In this document: positions 56,195 through 64,000 of the stretch, one piece after another
How the letters are laid out: each line of letters begins with the position of its first letter
How positions within the stretch are numbered: position 1 is the stretch's first letter
Origin: an uncultured Gemmatimonadales bacterium
GTDB taxonomy: Bacteria; Gemmatimonadota; Gemmatimonadetes; Gemmatimonadales; GWC2-71-9
Length of the DNA: 64,000 bases
Direction of reading: 5' to 3'
Assembly: GCA_963828735.1 (NCBI GenBank)
Contig: CAWHFW010000005.1
Location: 1,536,001 to 1,600,000, forward strand
The notes under the pieces: model-generated
Databases searched by the model: none
What the model saw: the letters and a program-made list of their open reading frames with translations, nothing else
Told to the model about the DNA's origin: nothing
Program-made: the position numbers and the translations under genes

Positions 56195-57432
56195 GCGCCG
56201 CCCGCGCCGCGGCGATGCTCTCCCTCGTCCTGCTGGCGCGCGTGGCGGCCGCGCCGGTGCTCGAGGCCCAGCGGCCCGAGCGGGCGCGGGACCTGGGTAT
56301 CCCTCTCGACGGGACACCGGGACCGCTCGACGCCATCACCGACGTGCACGGCGTGACCGTGGGCCACGCCACGATCATTCGCGGGGAGGGGCGGCTCACG
56401 CCCGGACAGGGACCCGTGCGCACCGGCGTCACCGCGATCCTGCCGCGCGGGCGGGACGACATGTCACCCGTCTTCGCCGGCTGGTTCAACATGAACGGCA
56501 ACGGCGAGATGACCGGGACCGCGTGGATCGAGGACTACGGCCTGCTGTTCTATCCGATCGGCATCACGAATACCAACAGCGTCGGCGTGGTGCGCGATGC
56601 CCTCATCGAATGGGGGGCCACGCGCCTGCCGGACGCGCTCCATTGCTGCCTGCCGGTCGTGGCCGAGACGTGGGACGGAGATCTGAACGACATCTTCGGC
56701 TTCCACGTGACGAAACGCCACACATTCGACGCGATCGCGGCCGCGAAACCGGGGCCGGTCGCCGAGGGAGACGTTGGCGGTGGGACGGGCATGCAATGCC
56801 TGGGGTTCAAGGGCGGCATCGGCACGGCGAGCCGAAGGCTCTCCGAGAACGAAGGCGGATTCACCGTGGGAGCCCTGGTCCAGTGCAACTTCGGCGCGCG
56901 CAGCGAGCTTCGTATCGCCGGGATCCCGGTGGCGCGGGAGCTGCGAGTCGAGGAACCGTGCTACGACACCCGGGAGGCGCTGGACTCGACCCTGGCGCCC
57001 GACCGCTGCGCCGCCGCCGCCGGTGACAGCGGCGCCCGGCGCAGGGCCGAGCACAGCTCCATCATCGTGGTGCTCGCAACCGACGCGCCGCTCCTGCCGC
57101 ACCAGCTCAGGAGTCTCGCACGTCGCGCCGCGCTCGGCGTGGGACGGATGGGCGGGATCGCGGGGGCCGGCTCGGGCGATCTATTCATCGCCTTCTCCAC
57201 CGCGCCCACAGGCACGCCGGACCGGCGCGGCGTCTCGTCGGTGCAGATGCTAGGCGACCAGGCGATCGACCCGGTGTACCAGGGCGCGGTGGAGGCCACC
57301 GAGGAGGCGATCATCAACGCGATGTTGGCCGCGCGGACGATGACGGGAGCCAACTGGTACCGTGTGCCAGCCCTGCCGCACGACGGGCTCCGGGAGGTGT
57401 TGCGGCGACATGGAAGGCTGCTCGAGAAATAG
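56191..57432 (+). CDS. P1/S58 (DmpA-like) aminopeptidase, exported
   Basis: RARDLGI..G.PG.LDAITDV, NGNGEMTG, GGGTGM..GFKGGIGTASR, SIIVVLATDAP, GSGDLFIAFST. Confidence 0.9.
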   Translation: MSAARAAAMLSLVLLARVAAAPVLEAQRPERARDLGIPLDGTPGPLDAITDVHGVTVGHATIIRGEGRLTPGQGPVRTGVTAILPRGRDDMSPVFAGWFNMNGNGEMTGTAWIEDYGLLFYPIGITNTNSVGVVRDALIEWGATRLPDALHCCLPVVAETWDGDLNDIFGFHVTKRHTFDAIAAAKPGPVAEGDVGGGTGMQCLGFKGGIGTASRRLSENEGGFTVGALVQCNFGARSELRIAGIPVARELRVEEPCYDTREALDSTLAPDRCAAAAGDSGARRRAEHSSIIVVLATDAPLLPHQLRSLARRAALGVGRMGGIAGAGSGDLFIAFSTAPTGTPDRRGVSSVQMLGDQAIDPVYQGAVEATEEAIINAMLAARTMTGANWYRVPALPHDGLREVLRRHGRLLEK

Positions 57433-57545
57433 GCGGGCGGCGACGCATGCGCCGCGCGGCAGTCCGAACGCCGTCCGAGCCAGGGCGTCATCTCGACCGA
57501 ACCGATCGCGCCGAAGCGCTCGTCGTCTCACCCTCGCCGCCCCCG

Positions 57546-58469
57546 TCAGTTCCTGTCTGTGCGTCCTCTCGTCCCCGCCTCCCAGCTGCCCGCCGCGAGA
57601 GGATGGAACGTCCGCCAGATCTCGCGATAGGGCTCCATCATCAACGCCACGAACCGGTCCAGCGCGACCGGAAACGGAAACCGGCGCCGGAACTCGAGGG
57701 CCGTGAGGCCAAGCATGGCGCGCAGGTGGCGGCCGAAGCTCTGGGGCGAGCTGTATTCGAGCCGGTAGGCCACGTCGGCCACCGACAGCCCCGCGGTCTC
57801 GAACAGGAAGGCGGCGTGAATCAGCCGGATAGCCGCCAGGTAGTTCTTGGGGGACGGCAGCCCTGCCCGCGCGAAGCGGGACATCAGCGTGCTGGGCCGC
57901 ACCGAGAGCTGCTGCGCCAGCGCGGTGACGGTGGGGACATCGGGGGCAAGTCGGATCATGGCCTCGAGAAAGAGACGCGCGTCCGTCGGGGCGTCCGGGA
58001 GCGCGTCGAGGATGGGCTGCTGAATCCGGGCCACCGCCCGGGTGGCCGGCTGGCCCACCACCTGGCGCAGCCGGCTCCAACCGGCGGGCGAAGTGACGTC
58101 CACGACCTGCCGGACGCCAGAGGCGCCGAGGCGCAGGAGCATCTCGATCGCGCCCGGATCGTGCTGCGAGACCAGCGCGACGGTAGGGATCGAGGGGAAC
58201 TCCCGGACCAGGTGACCCAGCACCTCCATCTGATCGGGCCCACAGCGGTGCACGCTGACGAGGACGGCGTCTACGGGGCGTTCCCGAACCGCTCGGACCG
58301 CGTCAGGGATGGAGTCCCGATGGAGCACGGCGAACAGCCCGCTGCCCGCCGCGTCCACCCGGGGACGCTCGCCGGGCATGAGCACGGCGGCCACGGTGGT
58401 GGAGCTAGGATCGGCGACGTAGACCACACACCCCTCCGGCAGGTTGGTGCAAGAGGATAGATCTGACAC
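57546..58469 (-). CDS. AraC-family regulator with receiver-like N-terminal domain; start uncertain
   Basis: TVTALAQQLSVRPSTL, SVADVAYRLEYSSPQSFGRHLR; N-terminal PVDAVLVS...PTVALV...LGA. Confidence 0.82.
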   Translation of the reverse strand: MSDLSSCTNLPEGCVVYVADPSSTTVAAVLMPGERPRVDAAGSGLFAVLHRDSIPDAVRAVRERPVDAVLVSVHRCGPDQMEVLGHLVREFPSIPTVALVSQHDPGAIEMLLRLGASGVRQVVDVTSPAGWSRLRQVVGQPATRAVARIQQPILDALPDAPTDARLFLEAMIRLAPDVPTVTALAQQLSVRPSTLMSRFARAGLPSPKNYLAAIRLIHAAFLFETAGLSVADVAYRLEYSSPQSFGRHLRAMLGLTALEFRRRFPFPVALDRFVALMMEPYREIWRTFHPLAAGSWEAGTRGRTDRN

Positions 58470-58595
58470 GTCAACCTGGATTCAACCCGAAACATCTCCG
58501 TTCCGCGCGGCGAGCAACCCTTTACTCGGGTGATGCATCAAACGGGGGCCTCGCCTGGGTATATTGACGATTCCGCTCCCTTCGCTGGCTGGGCC

Positions 58596-61500
58596 ATGAC
58601 GCCTCCGACCCTCGATCTGTTCACCGCGCTCCAGGCCGTGCTGGAACCGCAGTACAGGCTCGAGCGCGAGCTCGGACGAGGCGGTATGGGCGTGGTCTTT
58701 CTCGCCACCGACACCACGCTCGACCGGCGCGTCGCGATCAAGGCGGTGCACCCCGAGCTCGCCACGCACTCGTCGATCGGCCGACGCTTCCTCGCCGAAG
58801 CCCGCACCATCGCCCGGCTCCGCCACCCCAACGTGGTCGGCGTTCACGCCGCTGGAAGCGCTGACGGGCTCCTCTACTACGTGATGGACGAGGTCCAGGG
58901 CGAGAGCCTGCGCCAACGGCTCCTGCGCGAGCGCCGCCTCGACCCGGCCACCGCGACGCGCATCGTCGCCGACATGGCCGCCGCGCTCGACGCGGCCGCG
59001 CGGGCGGGCGTCGTCCACCGCGACGTGAAGCCGGAGAACGTGCTGCTCGACGAGGCCACCGGCCGAGCGATGCTGGCAGACTTCGGCATCGCGCGCGCGA
59101 TGGCTGGAGAGCAGGGGACCAGCAGCACCGGCCAGGGCGTCGCGGTGGGAACCCCGGCGTACATGAGTCCGGAGCAGGCGGCCGGCGAGGAGGTGGACAG
59201 CCGGAGCGATCTTTACGCGCTGGGCATCGTGGCCTACGAGATGCTCGTCGGCACGCCGCCGTTCCAGGGGCCCAACCGCGTCGTCGTGTCGAAGCACATC
59301 GCCGAGCGGCCCGCGCCGATCGATCGCCTGCGTCCGGACGTGCCGCGTCCGCTCGCCGCGGCGATCATGCGCGCGCTCGAGAAGCAGCCCGCGGACCGCT
59401 GGCAAACGGGCGACGCGTTCCGCCAGGCGCTCGCGGTCGAGCAGCCCGCGCCCCGGTCGGGGCGGCGGCGGCGGGTGGCGCTGGCGGCCGCGGCCACCGC
59501 GCTGGCCGTCGTAGCGGGCATCGTCGGGCTCTCCCGGCGGGCGGCCGGCCCGCCCACCGGGATCAATCCCCGGCACTCGATCCTGGTCCTGCCGTTCGAC
59601 AACCAGCGGGACGACCGCGCGGTCGATTGGCTCCGCGAGGGCAGCGTCAGCATGCTGGGCCTCAACCTGTCGCAGTGGAACGATCTTACGGTCGTGGACC
59701 ATGAGCGGCTCCACGACTTGCTGGCCAAGCATCGGCTTCGCCCGGGCGACGACATCGGCCTCGACATGGCGCGCCGCCTCGCGCGCGACGCGGGCGTGTG
59801 GACCGTGGTATTGGGTGATTTCGCGGAGGCCGGCGACTCGCTGCACCTCACCGCGCGGGTCTACGACGTGGCGAGCGGACGCCGGGTGGACGTGGCGCGC
59901 GTGGACGACCGGCCCGGCGCGGACGTGCGGCCGCTCTTCGACAACCTGGCCGCCAAGCTGCTCGATCTCTCCGGCGCGCCGAACGAGGTGCGGATCGGGC
60001 TGGCGCGCTCGACCACGGCGTCGCTCGAGGCGTACCGCGCCTATCTCAGCGGGGTCGAGCAGCTCAACCGGTGGGACCTCGCCGGGGCCGAGCGGGATCT
60101 CCATCGCGCCATTGAGCTCGACACGACCTTCGGACTCGCCTACTACAAGCTGGCGCTCACCCGCGGATGGCTCGTCGGTACGGGTGACTCGACCGCCGAC
60201 GCCGCGATCGTGCGGGCCACCGCGCATTCGGCGAACCTTCCCACGCACGACCGTACCGTGATCAACGCGTACCGCGCCTTCCTGGGCGGGGAGTATGCGG
60301 ACGCGCGGGCGGCGTACCAGCAGCTCCTCGCGCGGGACCAGGCCGATGCCGATGCCTGGTACGGACTCGGCGAGGCCTGGTTCCACGACACCACCGGCAC
60401 CAACGAGGCGCCGCACTGGACGGAGGCCATCCGCGCGTTCCGCAGGACACTCGCCCTGGATCCCGACTACGCGCTCGCGTACGACCACGTGCAGGCAATG
60501 CTCGGCAGCGCGGCCATGCAGCATCCCCCGTTCGCGCTGGTGACGCCGGATTCGTTCGCGGTGACCCAGACGCCCGACGGTCGTCCGCTGGTGGACAGCG
60601 CCATCGTGGCGGCCGCCGTCCGGCGTGCCCGGGCCGAGGCCCTGACCACGGCCCGCAGCTGGGTCGCATCCCAGCCGACGACACTCCGCGCGCACGGCGC
60701 GATGGTGGACGCATACATCGCCTCGGGGAACTTCGGGGCGGCACTCGCTGAAGTGGATCGGTTCCGGCAGAGCACGCCGGTCCACCCGGAGCTGCCCTTT
60801 GTCGAGGCGCGCATCCACTTCGCCTCGGGTCAGATCGAGCGCGCGGCCAAAGAGCTTCGCCTGGCCCTCGACACCGTGGCGCCGCAGGACTTCCGCAGCT
60901 ACGAAGGAACCCCGACGGTCGTGAGCGACATCGCCGCGGCGGCGAACGTGTTCGCGTACCAGGGCGACCTGTCCAACGCCGCCAAGACTATCGACCTGGC
61001 CGATCAGGTGCGACGCGAGGTGATCCAGACGCCCGGGCGCGGGAGCGAAGGTGGCGAGGGATGGCGACGCATGGCGCTCGGCGAGCTCTACGGCGCGACG
61101 GGCGTTCCGACCGCGTCGCTCCGACAGGTGTGGCAGAGCGCGGCGGAAGCGGTGCGGATGGCCCCGGCCGACCAGCGCACGCACGTGGCGCATAGCGGGG
61201 CGTCCGCGGCGATCGGACTGTTCACGGGGCCGACCGCGGACAGCAGCGCGCTCAACGAATACCGGACGCTCACCGGCGAGTCGCTCACCAAAGAAGTTCG
61301 CGCCCTGCTGGCCCTGAGCCGCGGCGACTCGGCCGCGGCGCGGCGCGCGCTGGCCGAGCCCGATTCGGTGCAGTCGAAGGTCATGTACGCCACCTACCGC
61401 CGCCCGCTCGCGGCGCAGGCGTACTACCTCCTTGGCGACTACCAAGCTACGCTGCGCCAACTCCAGGACTTCGAGCCCGAGGCGCTCCGAACGGGCGGCT

Positions 61501-61694
61501 TCGACTCGCGCTGGGGCATGTTGGGCCGGGTTCGCCTCCTCAGGGCCGCGGCTTTCGAGCAGCTCGGCCGCCGCGCGGAGGCCCGCGAGGAGTATCAGGA
61601 TGTCCTGAGCCAGTGGCGCACGGCCGACCCCTCCCTGCAGCCCTTCGTGCACCAGGCGCAGCAGGGGCTCGCCCGGCTGGGAAACGCTGGGTAG
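58596..61694 (+). CDS. Membrane Ser/Thr kinase with extracytoplasmic TolB-N-like and TPR domains
   Basis: LGRGGMGVVF, VAIK, HRDVKPEN, DFG, GTPAYMSPEQ; TM helix; SILVLPFDN; TPR repeats. Confidence 0.93.
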   Translation: MTPPTLDLFTALQAVLEPQYRLERELGRGGMGVVFLATDTTLDRRVAIKAVHPELATHSSIGRRFLAEARTIARLRHPNVVGVHAAGSADGLLYYVMDEVQGESLRQRLLRERRLDPATATRIVADMAAALDAAARAGVVHRDVKPENVLLDEATGRAMLADFGIARAMAGEQGTSSTGQGVAVGTPAYMSPEQAAGEEVDSRSDLYALGIVAYEMLVGTPPFQGPNRVVVSKHIAERPAPIDRLRPDVPRPLAAAIMRALEKQPADRWQTGDAFRQALAVEQPAPRSGRRRRVALAAAATALAVVAGIVGLSRRAAGPPTGINPRHSILVLPFDNQRDDRAVDWLREGSVSMLGLNLSQWNDLTVVDHERLHDLLAKHRLRPGDDIGLDMARRLARDAGVWTVVLGDFAEAGDSLHLTARVYDVASGRRVDVARVDDRPGADVRPLFDNLAAKLLDLSGAPNEVRIGLARSTTASLEAYRAYLSGVEQLNRWDLAGAERDLHRAIELDTTFGLAYYKLALTRGWLVGTGDSTADAAIVRATAHSANLPTHDRTVINAYRAFLGGEYADARAAYQQLLARDQADADAWYGLGEAWFHDTTGTNEAPHWTEAIRAFRRTLALDPDYALAYDHVQAMLGSAAMQHPPFALVTPDSFAVTQTPDGRPLVDSAIVAAAVRRARAEALTTARSWVASQPTTLRAHGAMVDAYIASGNFGAALAEVDRFRQSTPVHPELPFVEARIHFASGQIERAAKELRLALDTVAPQDFRSYEGTPTVVSDIAAAANVFAYQGDLSNAAKTIDLADQVRREVIQTPGRGSEGGEGWRRMALGELYGATGVPTASLRQVWQSAAEAVRMAPADQRTHVAHSGASAAIGLFTGPTADSSALNEYRTLTGESLTKEVRALLALSRGDSAAARRALAEPDSVQSKVMYATYRRPLAAQAYYLLGDYQATLRQLQDFEPEALRTGGFDSRWGMLGRVRLLRAAAFEQLGRRAEAREEYQDVLSQWRTADPSLQPFVHQAQQGLARLGNAG

Positions 61695-61740
61695 CGGACG
61701 CGCAACACCGCAGGTGGCGGGATCGGACCGTCATCCCAAG

Positions 61741-61766
61741 CGCAGGGGAGGGGCTTCTCCCCTGCG
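61741..61766 (+). terminator. Hairpin downstream of the kinase
   Basis: CGCAGGGGAG-GGGCTT-CTCCCCTGCG; weak U-tract. Confidence 0.45.
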
Positions 61767-61851
61767 ATTCGATCCTGCCCCCACCGACGACGTCAGGTCG
61801 TCCGATCCCCCTCCCGCCTTCTCCGCCCCTTTCCGAGCGTTATATTTCGCG

Positions 61852-62226
61852 CGCTGGCCGAGCGTGATGGTCGCGAACGCCTTCGGGCGTCTCGAGGAAA
61901 GTCCGAGCTCCAACGGGTAGACTGCCAGGTAACGCCTGGGCGCCGAAAGGCGACGGACAGGGCCACAGAAAACAGACCGCCCATCGGGCAACCGGTGGGT
62001 AAGGGTGAAACGGTGGGGTAAGAGCCCACCGCGCCACCGGCAACGGCGGCGGCACGGTAACCCCCAGTCGGAGCAAGGCCAAATAAGCGGCGAGGTGTGA
62101 CCCACACCGTGCTGGACCAGCCGCGGGTAGGCTGCTCGAGGTGGCCGGCGACGGCCATCCCAGACAGATGACCATCCCAGGCGCGCGAGCGCCGGGAACA
62201 GAACTCGGCTTACGGCTCGACCAGTG
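61852..62226 (+). ncRNA. rnpB: RNase P RNA, bacterial class A
   Basis: GAGGAAAGTCC, GCCACAGAAA, GGGTGAAACGG, GAGCAAGGCCAAATA, ACAGAACTCGGCTTA; P1 CGCTGGCCGAGC/GCTCGACCAGTG; TATATT -10 at 61841. Confidence 0.97.
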
Positions 62227-62257
62227 GCGGCCCTCCAGACCTGGTTCGGAGGGCCGT
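62227..62257 (+). terminator. Hairpin directly after rnpB
   Basis: GCGGCCCTCC...GGAGGGCCGT; no U-tract. Confidence 0.4.
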
Positions 62258-62284
62258 CGAGCTTCCGACCCGACGAGGCCCTAC

Positions 62285-63067
62285 ATGCTCGCTCGCCATC
62301 TCGCCTGCACGACGCTCGCCGCTCTCCTCGGCGCTGCGCCCCTCGCACGCGGTCCCGTCACCAGCCGGTTTCGGGTCGATCAGACCCTCACCCAGGAGAT
62401 CGACGCGACCGGCGCCGGCAAGGGCAAGCAGAGCCTCTCGTTCTCGACCTCGAGCTTCCTGAGCGTCACGCTCGGCGACACGTCGGGCGGCAAGTCGGTG
62501 CGCATCGTGGTCGACTCGATGCTCGGCGACAGCGCGACGCCGATTCCGGCGGCCGTGTTCGACAGTGCCAGGGGAGCCGAATTCCACGCGTTCCTGAGCG
62601 CGGCTGGCAAGTTGTCCGACCTCGAGGCCGTGAACGTGTCGCCCGCCGCCGCGCAGGTGCAGGGATTTCTGACCGACTTCTTCCCCTGGGTCAAAGCCGG
62701 GGCCAAGACCGGCGAGCAGTGGGCCGACACCACCTCTCGAACCACGACCGACGGCACTGACAGCGTGGTGGTGAAGCGCGTGATCGTCTACCGGGTCGAA
62801 GGGACGGAGAAGCGCGCGAGCCGCAAGGCGCTGCGCATCGCGAGCGAGTATGCCTCTACGGTCGCGGGCCGGCAGCCCACGGACAACGGGCCCGCACGCA
62901 TCGAGGGCACCGGCAAAGGCACCGGCACCTACTTCGTGAGCTCTGACGGCACCTACCTAGGCGGAGACTGGCAGCTCCGGTCCGCCCTGCTGGTCTCGAG
63001 CTCGCTCTCGGATCACCCGCTGCCGATCACCATCACTCAGACGACCAAGGTCACCCCTCTCCAATGA
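62285..63067 (+). CDS. Secreted hypothetical beta-rich protein
   Basis: Signal peptide MLARHLACTTLAALLGAAPLA; start moved out of rnpB. Confidence 0.75.
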   Translation: MLARHLACTTLAALLGAAPLARGPVTSRFRVDQTLTQEIDATGAGKGKQSLSFSTSSFLSVTLGDTSGGKSVRIVVDSMLGDSATPIPAAVFDSARGAEFHAFLSAAGKLSDLEAVNVSPAAAQVQGFLTDFFPWVKAGAKTGEQWADTTSRTTTDGTDSVVVKRVIVYRVEGTEKRASRKALRIASEYASTVAGRQPTDNGPARIEGTGKGTGTYFVSSDGTYLGGDWQLRSALLVSSSLSDHPLPITITQTTKVTPLQ

Positions 63068-63960
63068 GCCGGACGCGTTTCATCCCGAGCGCCGTGCTTG
63101 CCGCCGTGCTCATCGCGGCGTGCAGCTCGGGCACGACCGCCAATCCCCCGGCCACCAGTCCCGCACCCCGACCCGGTGAGCCGGCGCCGACGCCCACAAC
63201 GTCAGGCAAGGGTCCGGCCGTCGCCTACAAGCCGGTCCGCGCCGCGGCCTATCGGCTCGAGCGGCACGACAGTCTCACGCTGCAGTACCCCGGCGGGGCC
63301 ACGCAGGAGCAGGTTCGCGATCGCATCGCCTTCGTCCACGTCACGCTCGCGGAGGCCTCGGCGCCGGGGACGTTCAACGTGACGGTGGTCCTCGACTCGC
63401 TTCAGGCACTCGAGAGCGGTCAGCCGGTGGCGCCGGATTCCCTCCTGGCGGCGCGCGGCACCCGCTGGACCGCGACCCTCAGCTCGACCGGGGGCCTCGG
63501 CCCGCTCACCACGGACAAGCAGGGCACGCTGCCGGACGAGCTGACCGGGCGACTCCGCCTCCTGTTCCCGGCGCTCCCCGCCGGCGGCGTGCGGGAAGGC
63601 ATGGAGTGGACCGATACCACCGAGTACCGGCTCACGGCCGATGCGTTTCCCGGCACGGAGCGGGCGGTGACGACCTACAAGGCCGCGCCCGCCGACGCCT
63701 CCGGAGGGAAGAAAGGCGTTACGCTCCAGAGCACCGGCTCGTACCAGCGCAGCGGAACGCGGACCCAGGCGGACCAGGAGCTGCAGATGTCCTCCACCGG
63801 CACGCGCCGCCAGTCGCAGGTGCTGGGGCTGGATGGCGTGCTCCTGTCCGCGCAGGGGGCCGAGGCCGGCGACATGACCATCACGGTGCCCACCGTGGGG
63901 CAGACCGTGCCGGTGCAGCAGCGTGGCAGCTATTCGGTGACGTCGCTCTCGGCCCGCTAG
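63064..63960 (+). CDS. Hypothetical lipoprotein, apparent paralog of the upstream gene
   Basis: Lipobox LIAA-C; shared pattern V.LDS...ARG..F/W.A.LS..G...FP...G..W.DTT; ATGA overlap. Confidence 0.75.
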   Translation: MSRTRFIPSAVLAAVLIAACSSGTTANPPATSPAPRPGEPAPTPTTSGKGPAVAYKPVRAAAYRLERHDSLTLQYPGGATQEQVRDRIAFVHVTLAEASAPGTFNVTVVLDSLQALESGQPVAPDSLLAARGTRWTATLSSTGGLGPLTTDKQGTLPDELTGRLRLLFPALPAGGVREGMEWTDTTEYRLTADAFPGTERAVTTYKAAPADASGGKKGVTLQSTGSYQRSGTRTQADQELQMSSTGTRRQSQVLGLDGVLLSAQGAEAGDMTITVPTVGQTVPVQQRGSYSVTSLSAR

Positions 63961-64000
63961 CCGCCGCGCGACGTGACGCGTCCGCGCCTCCGCCGCTTGC

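Noticed and set aside
57049..57075. DmpA autocleavage site reads HS-SIIVV instead of G-SIIVV
   Set aside because: Nucleophilic Ser is retained and the preceding residue varies in this family; not enough to claim inactivity
62141..62284. N-terminal extension of ORF 62141-63067 and minus-strand ORFs 61731-62348
   Set aside because: Overlap the RNase P RNA gene; signal peptide starts at 62285

Overview
High-GC bacterial chromosomal window; gene content and style suggest Gemmatimonadota (inference). It holds about 50 protein genes: polA, pyrE, dctA, an RND efflux operon with its GbsR/MarR repressor, two Hanks kinases and many secreted peptidases/hydrolases, plus the RNase P RNA gene. No CRISPR, prophage or transposase was seen. 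Most interesting: (1) a sigma54 promoter followed by a GEMM-I cyclic-dinucleotide riboswitch with a non-canonical G20/A47/U92 pocket and a visible SD-sequestering switch, controlling an orphan Cys-repeat lipoprotein; (2) a form IV RuBisCO-like protein plus cupin matching the Rhodospirillum rubrum MTA-isoprenoid shunt; (3) an exported, membrane-anchored TPR-CHAT protease near an ECF sigma/zinc anti-sigma pair; (4) a circularly permuted ATP-grasp ligase head-to-head with a motif-altered M32 carboxypeptidase; (5) a lipoprotein signal peptide with TGA at the lipobox Cys; (6) several candidate structured RNAs and octamer tandem repeats. All calls come from reading motifs by eye; no searches were run.
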